Shown piece by piece: positions 1 through 9,958 of a stretch of 64,000 nt of DNA. The notes below the pieces were generated by a model. It made no database searches. It was not told the origin of the DNA and saw only the letters and a list, made by a program, of their open reading frames with translations. The first letter of the stretch is position 1; each line of letters opens with the position of its first letter. The position numbers and the translations under genes were made by a program. The stretch spans positions 295,863 to 359,862 of the forward strand of contig JAVYPJ010000001.1 of the NCBI GenBank assembly GCA_038733315.1, written 5' to 3'. The stretch comes from Candidatus Aenigmatarchaeota archaeon (GTDB lineage: Archaea > Aenigmatarchaeota > Aenigmatarchaeia > CG10238-14 > SpSt-28).

Positions 1-237
1 ATAAAAGATCGCTCGAAATTTAGTTTCATTAATAATTCTTTTATTTTTATCTAATATCTGAAGTTTATAATTTCCTGGAATCTCAATAGCTGTAGGATTT
101 CCTGGTCTTACTTTTATTTCTTCAATTTTAATACTATCGTTTTTATAAATTTCTAAGGTAATAGATAAGACAGATTGAGAAAAAGATACGTAGAATAAGA
201 ATGATAATATAGAAAATAATAATAAAATGGTTTTCAT
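1..237 (-). CDS. Secreted protein, partial (runs off window start)
   Basis: Not in ORF track. ATG at 237, MKTILLLFSILSFLFYVSFSQSVLSITLEIYKNDSIKIEE..., signal-peptide-like N-terminus, frame open to position 1, starts 8 nt after the 246..1640 stop. Confidence 0.7.
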   Translation of the reverse strand, partial: MKTILLLFSILSFLFYVSFSQSVLSITLEIYKNDSIKIEEIKVRPGNPTAIEIPGNYKLQILDKNKRIINETKFRAIFY

Positions 238-245
238 AATAATAG

Positions 246-1640
246 TTAACATTTAAGAATAGAAAGTGAAGATAAATATCTCCAACTTTCTTCGGCAAAA
301 GCTCTTGGCCCTGGTGCATTTGCAAAACTCATTATATCTCTTCCTCCAAATTTATTTTTATTTCCAAGACAAGTTATAGTATACTCGGTTGGACATTTTG
401 TACCTTTTTCGCTACAATATTCTCTTGTATAAGGCCCAAAAGGATCATCTCCACCAAGATATGATTTTAAACAGTTAGAATTTGGATTTACTAAACCAGA
501 ACCACATCTACATGCATCTATATATTCATCGTTTAGTCCGAGTTCATGACCAAGTTCATGAGTGGTTATTTCTCTAGAAAGTGCTGATGCAACAACTACT
601 TTCATCGACATAGAATAACCACCAGCTCCACAAATTGAACCTTCTACTAAACCAACAACATAGTCATATGTTTCTCCTGTACTATCTGCACACCTTTTGA
701 TTTCCATCAAATTATTCCTTAGACCTCTATTATCACATTCTATTTTAAATCTACAATTTTTTTCAACTATTATAGACTTAACCTTTTCTGGGCAAGCGGA
801 TAATGGAATATTTCTAACAAAAAAATCAAATTGTTCCTCAGCAGCTCTTCTAAAACTTTGCATATCTCTATTCCAATTTACAGGTATAAACAGAATTCTC
901 AATCTTGATTTTTCCTCTATGCAATCAATTCCGTTCCAATATTTTCCACTTTCACAGCATGCTCTACTGTATTCTTTAAAATTAGAAGCAACTGGATTAC
1001 ATTTTAAATTACCAGAGCACTGATTATCACAAAAACATTCTTCTCCTTTTTTAAGATTTTTTCTTGCTGTATAACCTTTTTCATTGGAGCTAGGATCCAT
1101 TGGGCAACAAACTTTTTCGTTGTTTTTTTCTGCACAATCTGCAGAGTTTTCGCAATTTTCCCCGATATAGGTATTGCAAATACCATCATTAATGCATGCT
1201 ATGTTCGGACCTTTACAATCTTCTGAATTTAATCTACACTCCCTTATTTCACAAATTCCATCATTTATTGGCATAGCGTCTCTACAGTTAAATATTTTTA
1301 TAATATTTCGATCTTTAAAAATACAATATCTAGAGGCTTTATTTATTTCTACATTCTCAACCTTAGAATGTAAAAGAAAAGAGTATGTTTTGTCATCTAC
1401 TTTAATTTTTAGTGTGTTATTCTCAATTTTTAAATCACTTTGATCTATAAAATATTCTAGATAAAAGTAATCTGATGAAATTTTTGAAACAGTTTCTATA
1501 ATATCTACAAAATTTTTAATTCTAGATTCTATAATTTTTTCTTTAACATCTCTAGAAATGGCAAATAACATATTTTGAAATGATAAAAACATCGTTATGC
1601 CTATAAGTGCTAATATTATGATTAAGGATAACGTATTCAT
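246..1640 (-). CDS. Membrane-anchored pilin-like protein with Cys-rich linker and C-terminal zinc metallopeptidase domain
   Basis: N-terminal hydrophobic helix; CxNDGIC-type repeats; HELGHELGLNDEY (HExxHxxGxxD) and downstream DIMS Met-turn. Confidence 0.75.
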   Translation of the reverse strand: MNTLSLIIILALIGITMFLSFQNMLFAISRDVKEKIIESRIKNFVDIIETVSKISSDYFYLEYFIDQSDLKIENNTLKIKVDDKTYSFLLHSKVENVEINKASRYCIFKDRNIIKIFNCRDAMPINDGICEIRECRLNSEDCKGPNIACINDGICNTYIGENCENSADCAEKNNEKVCCPMDPSSNEKGYTARKNLKKGEECFCDNQCSGNLKCNPVASNFKEYSRACCESGKYWNGIDCIEEKSRLRILFIPVNWNRDMQSFRRAAEEQFDFFVRNIPLSACPEKVKSIIVEKNCRFKIECDNRGLRNNLMEIKRCADSTGETYDYVVGLVEGSICGAGGYSMSMKVVVASALSREITTHELGHELGLNDEYIDACRCGSGLVNPNSNCLKSYLGGDDPFGPYTREYCSEKGTKCPTEYTITCLGNKNKFGGRDIMSFANAPGPRAFAEESWRYLSSLSILKC

Positions 1641-2173
1641 ACAACTCTTAACACTAAAACACCAACTTCTCCATCTGGAATAGGTATTGGTAGTACATAG
1701 CTTCTTATTTTTGAAACTTCCTTAACTAGTTTTTCTTTGTTTCCATATATATAGCAATTATCTGCGTTTAAATTCTTTGTATTATTGCAAATAATTAGTT
1801 GCCATCTTTCTTTTCCTATGGTTTCGTCAAAAATTGGGTTTATGAGATCAGATGCTTTATAAGATCCTAGAGCAATTCCATAATATGCAATTTCTCCTAA
1901 TTCCTGCTCTTTTCCTTCTATACCTTTTCTATATTTTTTCAAATAAGATAAAGCATCTATAGCAATTTGTAGGGTAGTTTTTTCTATTACGTCTGGTTTT
2001 GAAATATATAAATTCGCTAGACTCTTTAATACTAAATCATCAAAAGTTGCAGATCTAAACATTTCTTGAGTTTTTTCAGAAATAATAGAGGAATAATAAA
2101 TAGAGAGAAATATAACTATAGACGTTATAATAGCAACTATACCTATCCACAAGATTTCGGATTGTAAAATCAT
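1637..2173 (-). CDS. Pilin-like single-TM protein
   Basis: MILQSEILWIGIVAII N-terminus; ATGA overlap with the downstream gene. Confidence 0.6.
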   Translation of the reverse strand: MILQSEILWIGIVAIITSIVIFLSIYYSSIISEKTQEMFRSATFDDLVLKSLANLYISKPDVIEKTTLQIAIDALSYLKKYRKGIEGKEQELGEIAYYGIALGSYKASDLINPIFDETIGKERWQLIICNNTKNLNADNCYIYGNKEKLVKEVSKIRSYVLPIPIPDGEVGVLVLRVV

Positions 2174-2207
2174 AAAATATTTTTATTCTTGAACGAATTT
2201 TATTATT

Positions 2208-4010
2208 ATGTTATCGCATTCATCGCATTTTCTTTCGATAATTTCAGTAACGATAGCTCTCGTTGCAATTTCTTTGATTTTATTTTATAACGAATATTTT
2301 AAGTCTAAATATTTAGAGGAAAAGGAAAAATTAAATTTAAAGATGGAGGCATATCAAATTGCGAAAAAACTAATAAATTGTTTGGGTGAGGAAAAGGAAG
2401 GGATATTCTATATTGATAAAAATAAGCTCGATGATTTTTCTCAGAAATATGCTGAAATAGAACCTAGGTGCGCTATTGCTGATAGTTTTGATTATAATAT
2501 GAAAATAATACAATTTGAGAAGGAAATAAGAAATTATCCAATTCAATTTAGTGGGGGATGTGGATGGGCTTGGGTAATAAATAGTGGGGGAGGTGAAATG
2601 CATAGTTCTGTTTCTTTAGTAACTTCAGACGGAAGAGAATTAAGAAGACACTATACATCTCCAGATATTAATGGAAATCCTTCTAGAACAGCTGTTGATA
2701 AATCTGGAAACATATGGGTCGGAAATAGGAAGAATAATATTTTGGTGAAGATAGCATTTGATAAAAATCTTTGTAAAAAAAACGAAGGGAGAATTCCAGA
2801 AGACACTAATAGGGACGATAGAATTGACGAGAATGAAATGGTTTCATTTAATGATGATGGATGTATATTAGCAAAAATTGAATTGGAAGATTGTTACAAA
2901 GGAGGAGTTGGAATAAGAGCAGTTTGTATAGATAGCAACGAAAGTGTATATGCGGGTTGTTGGGATAGTAAAAAAATGTATAAAATATCTAAGGAGGGAA
3001 AAATTGAGAAAAGTTGGACGCTTCCTAATAGTCCGTATGGGTGTGTAGTTGGAAATGATGAAAAAATATATATTACTACGATTGATTCAGGAAAGATTTT
3101 GATATTAGATCCGGAAAGCGGGAATGTAGAAAGTATAGATGTTGGAAGGTGTACTTATGGCATTTGGAGATGTTATAATAGGGATTGTATTGTTTTTTCT
3201 ACATGGGTGAATAGTGGGGTAATATTATTTAATACTACTTCGAAAAAAGTAGTTTGGGAAAAGAATTGTGGCAGTTCTACTCGTGGAGTTTTTGTTGATA
3301 ACGAAAATAATGTTTACGTTGTTTCTAGCGGCGATAGCGTTGTATGTAAGTTTGATTTTAATGGTAATCCAATTAAAAAAAATATACGAACGTGTTCAGA
3401 GCCAACGGGAATATCGATGGATTCTTGTGGAAACATTTGGATAGAATGTCGTGGAAGTGGGGTAGATATATTTGATAAGGATCTTAATAAAATTAGCAAT
3501 TTTATAATTCCAGGTGAACATTATACGTATTCTGATTTTACAGGATTTTTATCCGATATTAGGATTGAATTGTCAGATATAGAAGAAAGAACTATTAAAA
3601 TTGAAAGAAAAGAATGGAACTTTGGTTTAAAAAACTTGGAAGCGATTGGTAGTAAAACGTCTATTGGTCCAAAAATCTCTTACGAAACATCGATATCAAT
3701 ACCTGTAGTAATAAAATATAGTGAAACTTTTATGACCGACGGTTTATTAGTTATGAATATATATAAAGGCTTTTTAGAAAGCTTTTATAGTTTTATAGAT
3801 TCTGTTTGCAACATGGAATTAAGTGAAGAATTTGAAATTTCAAAGGTTTTCTATTTTGATTACGATGTTAAAGTTTATAATGATAAAATATGCAGCGAAA
3901 ACGTTTGCAAAAAATTAGTTTGTAGTTATGAGATTGCGGAGAAGGAGTTTAAAAAAGGAGAGAATATAGTCACAATAAAACTTCGTAATAATAAAATAGA
4001 GTTTATATAA
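2208..4010 (+). CDS. Pilin-like membrane-anchored protein with NHL/Vgb-like beta-propeller
   Basis: N-terminal TM; repeated blades (SRTAVDKSGNIWVG, RAVCIDSNESVYAG, RGVFVDNENNVYV, TGISMDSCGNIWI) ending in YTYSDFTG. Confidence 0.7.
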   Translation: MLSHSSHFLSIISVTIALVAISLILFYNEYFKSKYLEEKEKLNLKMEAYQIAKKLINCLGEEKEGIFYIDKNKLDDFSQKYAEIEPRCAIADSFDYNMKIIQFEKEIRNYPIQFSGGCGWAWVINSGGGEMHSSVSLVTSDGRELRRHYTSPDINGNPSRTAVDKSGNIWVGNRKNNILVKIAFDKNLCKKNEGRIPEDTNRDDRIDENEMVSFNDDGCILAKIELEDCYKGGVGIRAVCIDSNESVYAGCWDSKKMYKISKEGKIEKSWTLPNSPYGCVVGNDEKIYITTIDSGKILILDPESGNVESIDVGRCTYGIWRCYNRDCIVFSTWVNSGVILFNTTSKKVVWEKNCGSSTRGVFVDNENNVYVVSSGDSVVCKFDFNGNPIKKNIRTCSEPTGISMDSCGNIWIECRGSGVDIFDKDLNKISNFIIPGEHYTYSDFTGFLSDIRIELSDIEERTIKIERKEWNFGLKNLEAIGSKTSIGPKISYETSISIPVVIKYSETFMTDGLLVMNIYKGFLESFYSFIDSVCNMELSEEFEISKVFYFDYDVKVYNDKICSENVCKKLVCSYEIAEKEFKKGENIVTIKLRNNKIEFI

Positions 4011-4018
4011 TTTTATAT

Positions 4019-5311
4019 ATGAAACTTGCAGCCTTTCACATATTTTTTATTATTTTTTCTGTTTTGTTATTGTCGCTAACTTATTTTTTCTTATACTCTA
4101 ACTTTTTTAGCCATTCCGAAGAAATTTTAAAGGAAAGAAAAATAGATATATTAGAGAATTATAAAAACATTTTCTTAGCATTTTCAAAACTTTCTCTATA
4201 CTATTCTACTACAGCTAATTTAAGATCTGAAACGCATACCTGGATATTTAATGGATTCAATCCTATAGATTTTTCAGAACTGAAAAGATGTAAAGAAAGT
4301 GCGACAAATTATTTTCTAAGTCTCTATATTTCAAAGTTTTTTACGAACTTGCCAATTTCAATTAAATATGATTTCAGAAATACCTGCAAATGGGAAATAT
4401 CTGAAAATGATGTTCTTAGCGGAGTACACGACGAGGGACATTTTTTTTCTAACTGCTCAGATTTGAAAATAATAATTTCTTCTGAAGGAGCATCTTTATC
4501 TGATAATAAAAATATAAGCGCTTTCATATCTAACAATAGATATTGGTATCTCTATAGAAAAATATATAATTGGGCTAAAGAAAAGTCAAGCGAATTTATA
4601 AATTGTATATGTGCTGCTACAGCTTATGGTTGCGAATATGCAAAGGGTTGTTATGAAAAACTTTTTTCATCTTTAGTTGAAACTTTTAAAGAAGATAAAT
4701 ACGTAGTATGTAAAAAACAAAGTAAAGCTATGCTTTGCTGCCATCATGAAACAGGAAATACTTGTCAGAATTATGAAGGTTGTATCGGATGGAGCAAGGG
4801 AAAATGTATATTACCAAAAGAATATATATGTAGTTTTGGTGGTATGCAATCACAAATTAATTATAATGCGGAAGAAAAAATTGAAGTAGAATCTTCTATT
4901 TCTTCGTTGCAATCATACTCTGATTATATAGTCTATAAGACATGTGCTTGGAGAGAGGGTAGAATAGAGACAAGTTCCTTTTTTACGTGCGAAGATTATA
5001 AATATTATGAATCAACACCTACGGGAACTGATAAAATAACTTTCAATATAGGAATTTTCGCAGGTTTTAGGAATGCGTTTGCTTTCTATTCGAATGTAAA
5101 ATGTTTTTATAATAAACAAAAAGCGGAGTGTGATTCCTGTGCAAACAATTTTTGCGAAAAGTGTAGCTTACCTTTAGAGTATTGTGAAAGTTCATCATGC
5201 TTAGATGCTCCGGAAAAAATAAGTTGTAGGAATTGCAGAGTAGAAAAGATTGGAGATAAATATAAAATCATAAGCTGTGAAAAATGTGACGAAAAAGATC
5301 CAAGATGTTAA
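4019..5311 (+). CDS. Cys-rich pilin-like membrane-anchored protein
   Basis: MKLAAFHIFFII N-terminal TM; many CxxC/CC motifs in the C-terminal half. Confidence 0.6.
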   Translation: MKLAAFHIFFIIFSVLLLSLTYFFLYSNFFSHSEEILKERKIDILENYKNIFLAFSKLSLYYSTTANLRSETHTWIFNGFNPIDFSELKRCKESATNYFLSLYISKFFTNLPISIKYDFRNTCKWEISENDVLSGVHDEGHFFSNCSDLKIIISSEGASLSDNKNISAFISNNRYWYLYRKIYNWAKEKSSEFINCICAATAYGCEYAKGCYEKLFSSLVETFKEDKYVVCKKQSKAMLCCHHETGNTCQNYEGCIGWSKGKCILPKEYICSFGGMQSQINYNAEEKIEVESSISSLQSYSDYIVYKTCAWREGRIETSSFFTCEDYKYYESTPTGTDKITFNIGIFAGFRNAFAFYSNVKCFYNKQKAECDSCANNFCEKCSLPLEYCESSSCLDAPEKISCRNCRVEKIGDKYKIISCEKCDEKDPRC

Positions 5312-5317
5312 TAAAAT

Positions 5318-5698
5318 ATGAAAATTGTTGAAATAATATTAATTCTAGTTTTTACTCTATTATCAGTTTTAGCTCTTTTTCAAATTTTATATAAATATAT
5401 GATTAAGGAAGAATTTGAATTCAAAGTATATAGTAAAACCGAAATGATGTTATTAATTAACGAGCTCGTAATAAAATGCTTCAATAAGTTTAAAGATGAA
5501 AAAAATCAAAAGATTTGTTTTAAGGTGAATTATTTTGGAAAGGATAAAATAGAAAATAGAGAAATAAATGATAGGCTATCTCATATAAATATAAAGACTT
5601 ATGTAATTCTTGACTATATTGAAAAGAATAATACAATCTTTTTTATTTATGCAGAAGACGGAATATACATCAAAAAAACTGAAAATATCGCTATTTAA
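5318..5698 (+). CDS. Small pilin-like protein
   Basis: MKIVEIILIL TM then KCF...ICF Cys pair shared with neighbouring paralogues. Confidence 0.6.
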   Translation: MKIVEIILILVFTLLSVLALFQILYKYMIKEEFEFKVYSKTEMMLLINELVIKCFNKFKDEKNQKICFKVNYFGKDKIENREINDRLSHINIKTYVILDYIEKNNTIFFIYAEDGIYIKKTENIAI

Positions 5699-5712
5699 CC
5701 AAAAATAATTTT

Positions 5713-7785
5713 ATGATTTCTGAAGAAAAACTTCAAAAATTAAAAAGAGAATTTTCTGAGGTTTATGTAGATTTTTATCTTAAAGAGCTTGAAAAACAGA
5801 TTAGAAGAAATTGGTATGAGAAGTTATGCTATTTTTCATCTAAAATAATTCCAATCAAGGTAACTAATAAAAAATTGGCAGAGGATATAATATTTTCCGG
5901 TTTAAATACCTTTCCGCACGAAGTTTATTCGTTATCGATTTTTTTGTTTTTAGTATCTTTTCTAATTCTTATACCGATATATTTTGTTTTTAGTGATTTG
6001 GGAATTTTCATATTCGCAATTCCATTTGGGTTAGCGTATTTAATCTATAACTATCCATCTTTTAGAGCGCAAGTAAACAAAATACAAACTAATAACGAAG
6101 CAATAAAAATAGTAACTTATTTGGTTTTATATTTAGAGCATAATCCTAATTTCGAAGCTGCTATAGAGTTTGCTTCTAAGAAAGTTAGGGGCATATTAAG
6201 TGATGATTTGAAAAAAATAGTTTGGGACTTAAAGATTGGAAGATTTTCTCGTTTGAAAGATGCTTTAGAATTCTATGCTCCTAAGTGGATGAAATGGAAT
6301 GAAAATTTTTTAAGAACTTTAATTCTTCTTTCTAATGTTGGATATATATCTTCTTATGAAGAAAGAAAGAATATTCTTTCTAAGGCCTTAGATTTCGTAC
6401 TAACAAAAAATTTAGAGGAAACAAAAGTATATGTAGAAAAAGTTAGGGGTCCAGTAACTATGCTTTTTATGTTCGGTCTTTTAATGCCATCCATAGGTCT
6501 AATAATGTTTCCTATGATTTCAGTTTTCATGCATTTTTCAGTAAAACCAGGATATCTAATTTTTGGTTATTTAGTAGTTTTGCCAATAATTAATCTCTAT
6601 CTAATATTTAGAATTATATCTTTAAGGCCAGGAGCTTTTTTAATAGTGGATATTTCTAAACATCCAAAATTACCGCCAATTAACTATTTTTATTTTGGAA
6701 AAAAATTAGTTCCGATAATTCCTCTTTCGGTTTTAACATTTTTACTAATAAGTTTTTTTGGTATTCTGCATTTCTTAGATTTTTATTCTCAATACTATGA
6801 GCTTCAAGAGTTAGGTATGGTTAAAAAATTAGAGGAGCTTGTAAAAAAAGAGAACGATATAAAAAACATAGGTAATTTAATAGCAAGTTTTTTAATACCA
6901 GCTGGTTTTGGTATTGCTGCGTATTTATATTTTTATTTAAACTCATTTCAAAGAATAAAGATAAGAAAGGAAATAAAAGATATTGAAGAAGATTTACCAA
7001 ATCTTTTAATTACTAGTGGAAATTTTTTAGAATCTGGATATCCTATAGAAAAGGTTATAGAAAAAACTCTAGAAGAATATGAAAGGCTTGGTTTGAAGGA
7101 AAAAGCGGGTTATAAATTCTTTTCTGCTCTCAGAGAAAGAATTTTGAAGTTTGGTGAAAACATTAACTTAGCAATTTTTGGAAAGGGCGGATTAATTAAC
7201 TACTTTCCATCTGCTATTTTAGAGGAAGTTTTTAGAATTTTAGTAGATACAACTTACAAGAGTGTTAAAAGCGCAGGTAGCATAGCAAAAACCATAGCAA
7301 AGTATTTAGAAAACATTTCTCAGGTGGAGTTTAGATTAAAGGAGTTGCTTAGCGATGTAAGGGGGAATTTAAAAATGCAAGCCCAATTTTTAATACCAAT
7401 AATAACTGGAATAGTTTCTTCTACAGGAATATTTATTATTAATATGTTAGTTGTGCTTGGAGATTTTCTTGGAGAGTTAGAGAAAAGTTTCGGAATTTCT
7501 GGAGGATTTGAGGATATAATTAATGTATTGGTTGGTGATTTTAAAAAAGTTATTCCATTAACGGTTTTGCAGAGTGTTGTTGGATGTTACACTATAATAG
7601 CAATAATATTAATGTCTTATTTATTATCTGGGGTAGAAAGTGGTTTCGATAGAGTTGCGAGAGATTATGAAATAGCAGAAAACTTGAAATTTGGATTAAT
7701 AATATATTTTATAATGGGAATACTTAGTTTAGTTGTTTTTTCTCAGATAGCATCTCAAATAGGAAGCGGAATGAAATTAGATTAA
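5713..7785 (+). CDS. Type IV pilus/T2SS membrane platform protein (TadB/TadC-like, two T2SSF domains)
   Basis: Two repeats of TM pair + cytoplasmic helical domain (NPNFEAAIEFA; EEDLPNLL...SGYPIEKVI) + 3 TMs; amid pilin-like genes. Confidence 0.75.
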   Translation: MISEEKLQKLKREFSEVYVDFYLKELEKQIRRNWYEKLCYFSSKIIPIKVTNKKLAEDIIFSGLNTFPHEVYSLSIFLFLVSFLILIPIYFVFSDLGIFIFAIPFGLAYLIYNYPSFRAQVNKIQTNNEAIKIVTYLVLYLEHNPNFEAAIEFASKKVRGILSDDLKKIVWDLKIGRFSRLKDALEFYAPKWMKWNENFLRTLILLSNVGYISSYEERKNILSKALDFVLTKNLEETKVYVEKVRGPVTMLFMFGLLMPSIGLIMFPMISVFMHFSVKPGYLIFGYLVVLPIINLYLIFRIISLRPGAFLIVDISKHPKLPPINYFYFGKKLVPIIPLSVLTFLLISFFGILHFLDFYSQYYELQELGMVKKLEELVKKENDIKNIGNLIASFLIPAGFGIAAYLYFYLNSFQRIKIRKEIKDIEEDLPNLLITSGNFLESGYPIEKVIEKTLEEYERLGLKEKAGYKFFSALRERILKFGENINLAIFGKGGLINYFPSAILEEVFRILVDTTYKSVKSAGSIAKTIAKYLENISQVEFRLKELLSDVRGNLKMQAQFLIPIITGIVSSTGIFIINMLVVLGDFLGELEKSFGISGGFEDIINVLVGDFKKVIPLTVLQSVVGCYTIIAIILMSYLLSGVESGFDRVARDYEIAENLKFGLIIYFIMGILSLVVFSQIASQIGSGMKLD

Positions 7786-7786
7786 C

Positions 7787-8158
7787 ATGTTACCTCTAAA
7801 CATAATTTTTTTGGTTATAATTTCCTTGGCTGTGTTGATAATAGTTGGTAGCTTGATTGTTAAGTATAGAATAATTTCGATGGATAAAATATTAGAATGG
7901 TTGTTTGTTTACGAACCAAGTTATAATTATCAAAGCTGCGTTACTGAATTTATAAAAAAAGATAACTTAAATCTCGATAGTTTTTGTAGAGCTTGTAAAG
8001 ATTTAGGAAAAAAGGTTAAAAGGAGTTGTTATTGTTTTGTTGTTTATGGCAAGAATTTAGAGTTTGGTTCTGAATGTAAAATTTCTAATGAATGCAATGG
8101 TAACGTATTTTTAATAAAATATGAACTTTCTAAGGATTCTTCTTTTATTGAATGTTAA
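7787..8158 (+). CDS. Small pilin-like protein
   Basis: MLPLNIIFLVII TM; CxxC and CYC Cys pattern. Confidence 0.6.
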   Translation: MLPLNIIFLVIISLAVLIIVGSLIVKYRIISMDKILEWLFVYEPSYNYQSCVTEFIKKDNLNLDSFCRACKDLGKKVKRSCYCFVVYGKNLEFGSECKISNECNGNVFLIKYELSKDSSFIEC

Positions 8159-8627
8159 TTTTATTAGCTTCTCTAGTTAATTTATAGCTTATGCTAAATT
8201 CTTTAATTCCGTAAAAGGATTTTAATAAATAATCTATTAGTGTTGATTTTTCTTCGAAGTAATAGGATTTCATAGTTATATTGCAGCTTAATTTTTCACA
8301 TTTTATTCTATAGTTTTTATAGGACAAGCAAATAAAATTACCTTCAATTACTTTATCCTTAATTTCTTCAAAATTGTTTATTTTTGTTATATCTGTATAA
8401 TACGCGAAAATAGCTATAACGTTTTCGTTTACTACAATTTTTTCATACTCTTGTGTAAATGGAAAACTAAAACAAAGATTTTCTAGCTTATTTTTGAAAT
8501 TAGTAAAGCTATTAAAAACGTTATTTCTACTTTCGTTCTCTCTGAAAATAGCGAGTGAATATATGAGCGAAGATATTATTATCATAGATAGAAGAGATGC
8601 TAAAATTATTTGGAAAGGAATTTCCAT
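8145..8627 (-). CDS. Pilin-like protein
   Basis: MEIPFQIILA TM; LENLC...ICL...CEKLSC pattern. Confidence 0.6.
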   Translation of the reverse strand: MEIPFQIILASLLSMIIISSLIYSLAIFRENESRNNVFNSFTNFKNKLENLCFSFPFTQEYEKIVVNENVIAIFAYYTDITKINNFEEIKDKVIEGNFICLSYKNYRIKCEKLSCNITMKSYYFEEKSTLIDYLLKSFYGIKEFSISYKLTREANKINIQ

Positions 8628-8629
8628 GA

Positions 8630-9031
8630 TTAGTTTAAAATGTAAACAAATTTATTCGTTTTATCATAGGCAATTAACATAGTGTTTTTGGAATCATCAA
8701 AGTTATCTCGATTTATTCTTACATTTTGAATTTCTAAATTATTTATATTTAGAAAAGGCTCTGAAGATTTTAAATAATAGCATGGAAAGATTTTTTTATT
8801 AAGTTTGCTATTCTCAGATTTTTGAATGCACATCATTATAAATTCCTTTAATAGATTCTCACTAAACGATTTTTTTTCTATTATTTCTATTTCGAACTCC
8901 TCTTTTGGTTGTTTTTCTGAGAAAAAATTAATTATTAAATTTTTAATGTCTATAAAAAAGGATATAACAACTAATGCAGCTATCATAGATATAATAAATA
9001 TAAATACAGTTTCGACAGCTAAGACTTTCAT
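8630..9031 (-). CDS. Pilin-like protein
   Basis: MKVLAVETVFIFII, resembling class III signal peptides; MC...PCY Cys pair. Confidence 0.65.
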   Translation of the reverse strand: MKVLAVETVFIFIISMIAALVVISFFIDIKNLIINFFSEKQPKEEFEIEIIEKKSFSENLLKEFIMMCIQKSENSKLNKKIFPCYYLKSSEPFLNINNLEIQNVRINRDNFDDSKNTMLIAYDKTNKFVYILN

Positions 9032-9561
9032 ACTATAATTTCAATTTGGCTAGTATTTAGATATTTTATTATTACAATATCATCTTTTTCTATAAAATCT
9101 TTATTTACGCTCCAAATTATGTCATCTCTATAACCACATCCAAATGATTTATATTGTAACGTTCTACAATTATCAAAGTCTATTAGTGCATCACTAATAT
9201 TTTTTTGGGATATAAATATTTCTGTTGGTCCTCTAAAATAAATTTTATAACAATAGTGGGTTTCTAGGTTTGAATATTTTTCGGCATCTAGCCAGCATTT
9301 TAATAAATATGATGAAAACATCCTTATAGCATCTTCTTCGTTTTTATATCTGATTGTTATACTTTCTATTTTATTTTTTTCATCTTTACATCTATCTGGT
9401 ATTTTTTCTGTTGGAAAGATTTTTGTATATACATTACAATAAAAAAAATCTGGAATTTTCTCTTTCCAGAAAAAGAATATAGAAGCAGAGATTACTATCA
9501 TTGCAACTCCAATAATAAAAAACCAAGTAGTTTCGATGGCTATTAGCTTCATATTTTTCAT
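9028..9561 (-). CDS. Pilin-like protein
   Basis: MKLIAIETTWFFII; KCW...YCY Cys pair. Confidence 0.65.
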   Translation of the reverse strand: MKNMKLIAIETTWFFIIGVAMIVISASIFFFWKEKIPDFFYCNVYTKIFPTEKIPDRCKDEKNKIESITIRYKNEEDAIRMFSSYLLKCWLDAEKYSNLETHYCYKIYFRGPTEIFISQKNISDALIDFDNCRTLQYKSFGCGYRDDIIWSVNKDFIEKDDIVIIKYLNTSQIEIIV

Positions 9562-9584
9562 TTATATTTTTTGAATAAATATAT

Positions 9585-9944
9585 ATGGGGAAGAAAGTTT
9601 CAAAAAAACCAAGAAAGCAGAGGAAATTATTATTTAGAGCTCCTAAGCATTTGAGAAGGAAAATGTTAAGCGCTCATCTAAGTAAAGAATTAAGAGAAAA
9701 GTTAAAAAGAAGAAGTCTGCCTTTAAGAAAGGGGGATGAAGTTAAGATAATGAGGGGGAAGTTTAAAGGAAAAATAGGGAAGGTTTTGAGGGTTAGTTAT
9801 AAGAAATATAGAATTTATGTTGAAGGGTGTACTAAAAAAACAGCAAGAGGCGAAGAAAAATTAGTCGCTATTCATCCTTCAAAAGTTATGATAGTTAATT
9901 TAAATTTAGAGGATAAATGGAGAGCTGAAAAGTTAAAGATATAA
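9585..9944 (+). CDS. rpl24: 50S ribosomal protein L24P (uL24)
   Basis: SKKPRKQRK...[19 protein letters not shown]...[11 protein letters not shown]...IHPSKV. Confidence 0.97.
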   Translation: MGKKVSKKPRKQRKLLFRAPKHLRRKMLSAHLSKELREKLKRRSLPLRKGDEVKIMRGKFKGKIGKVLRVSYKKYRIYVEGCTKKTARGEEKLVAIHPSKVMIVNLNLEDKWRAEKLKI

Positions 9945-9958
9945 AAAAGATATATTTT

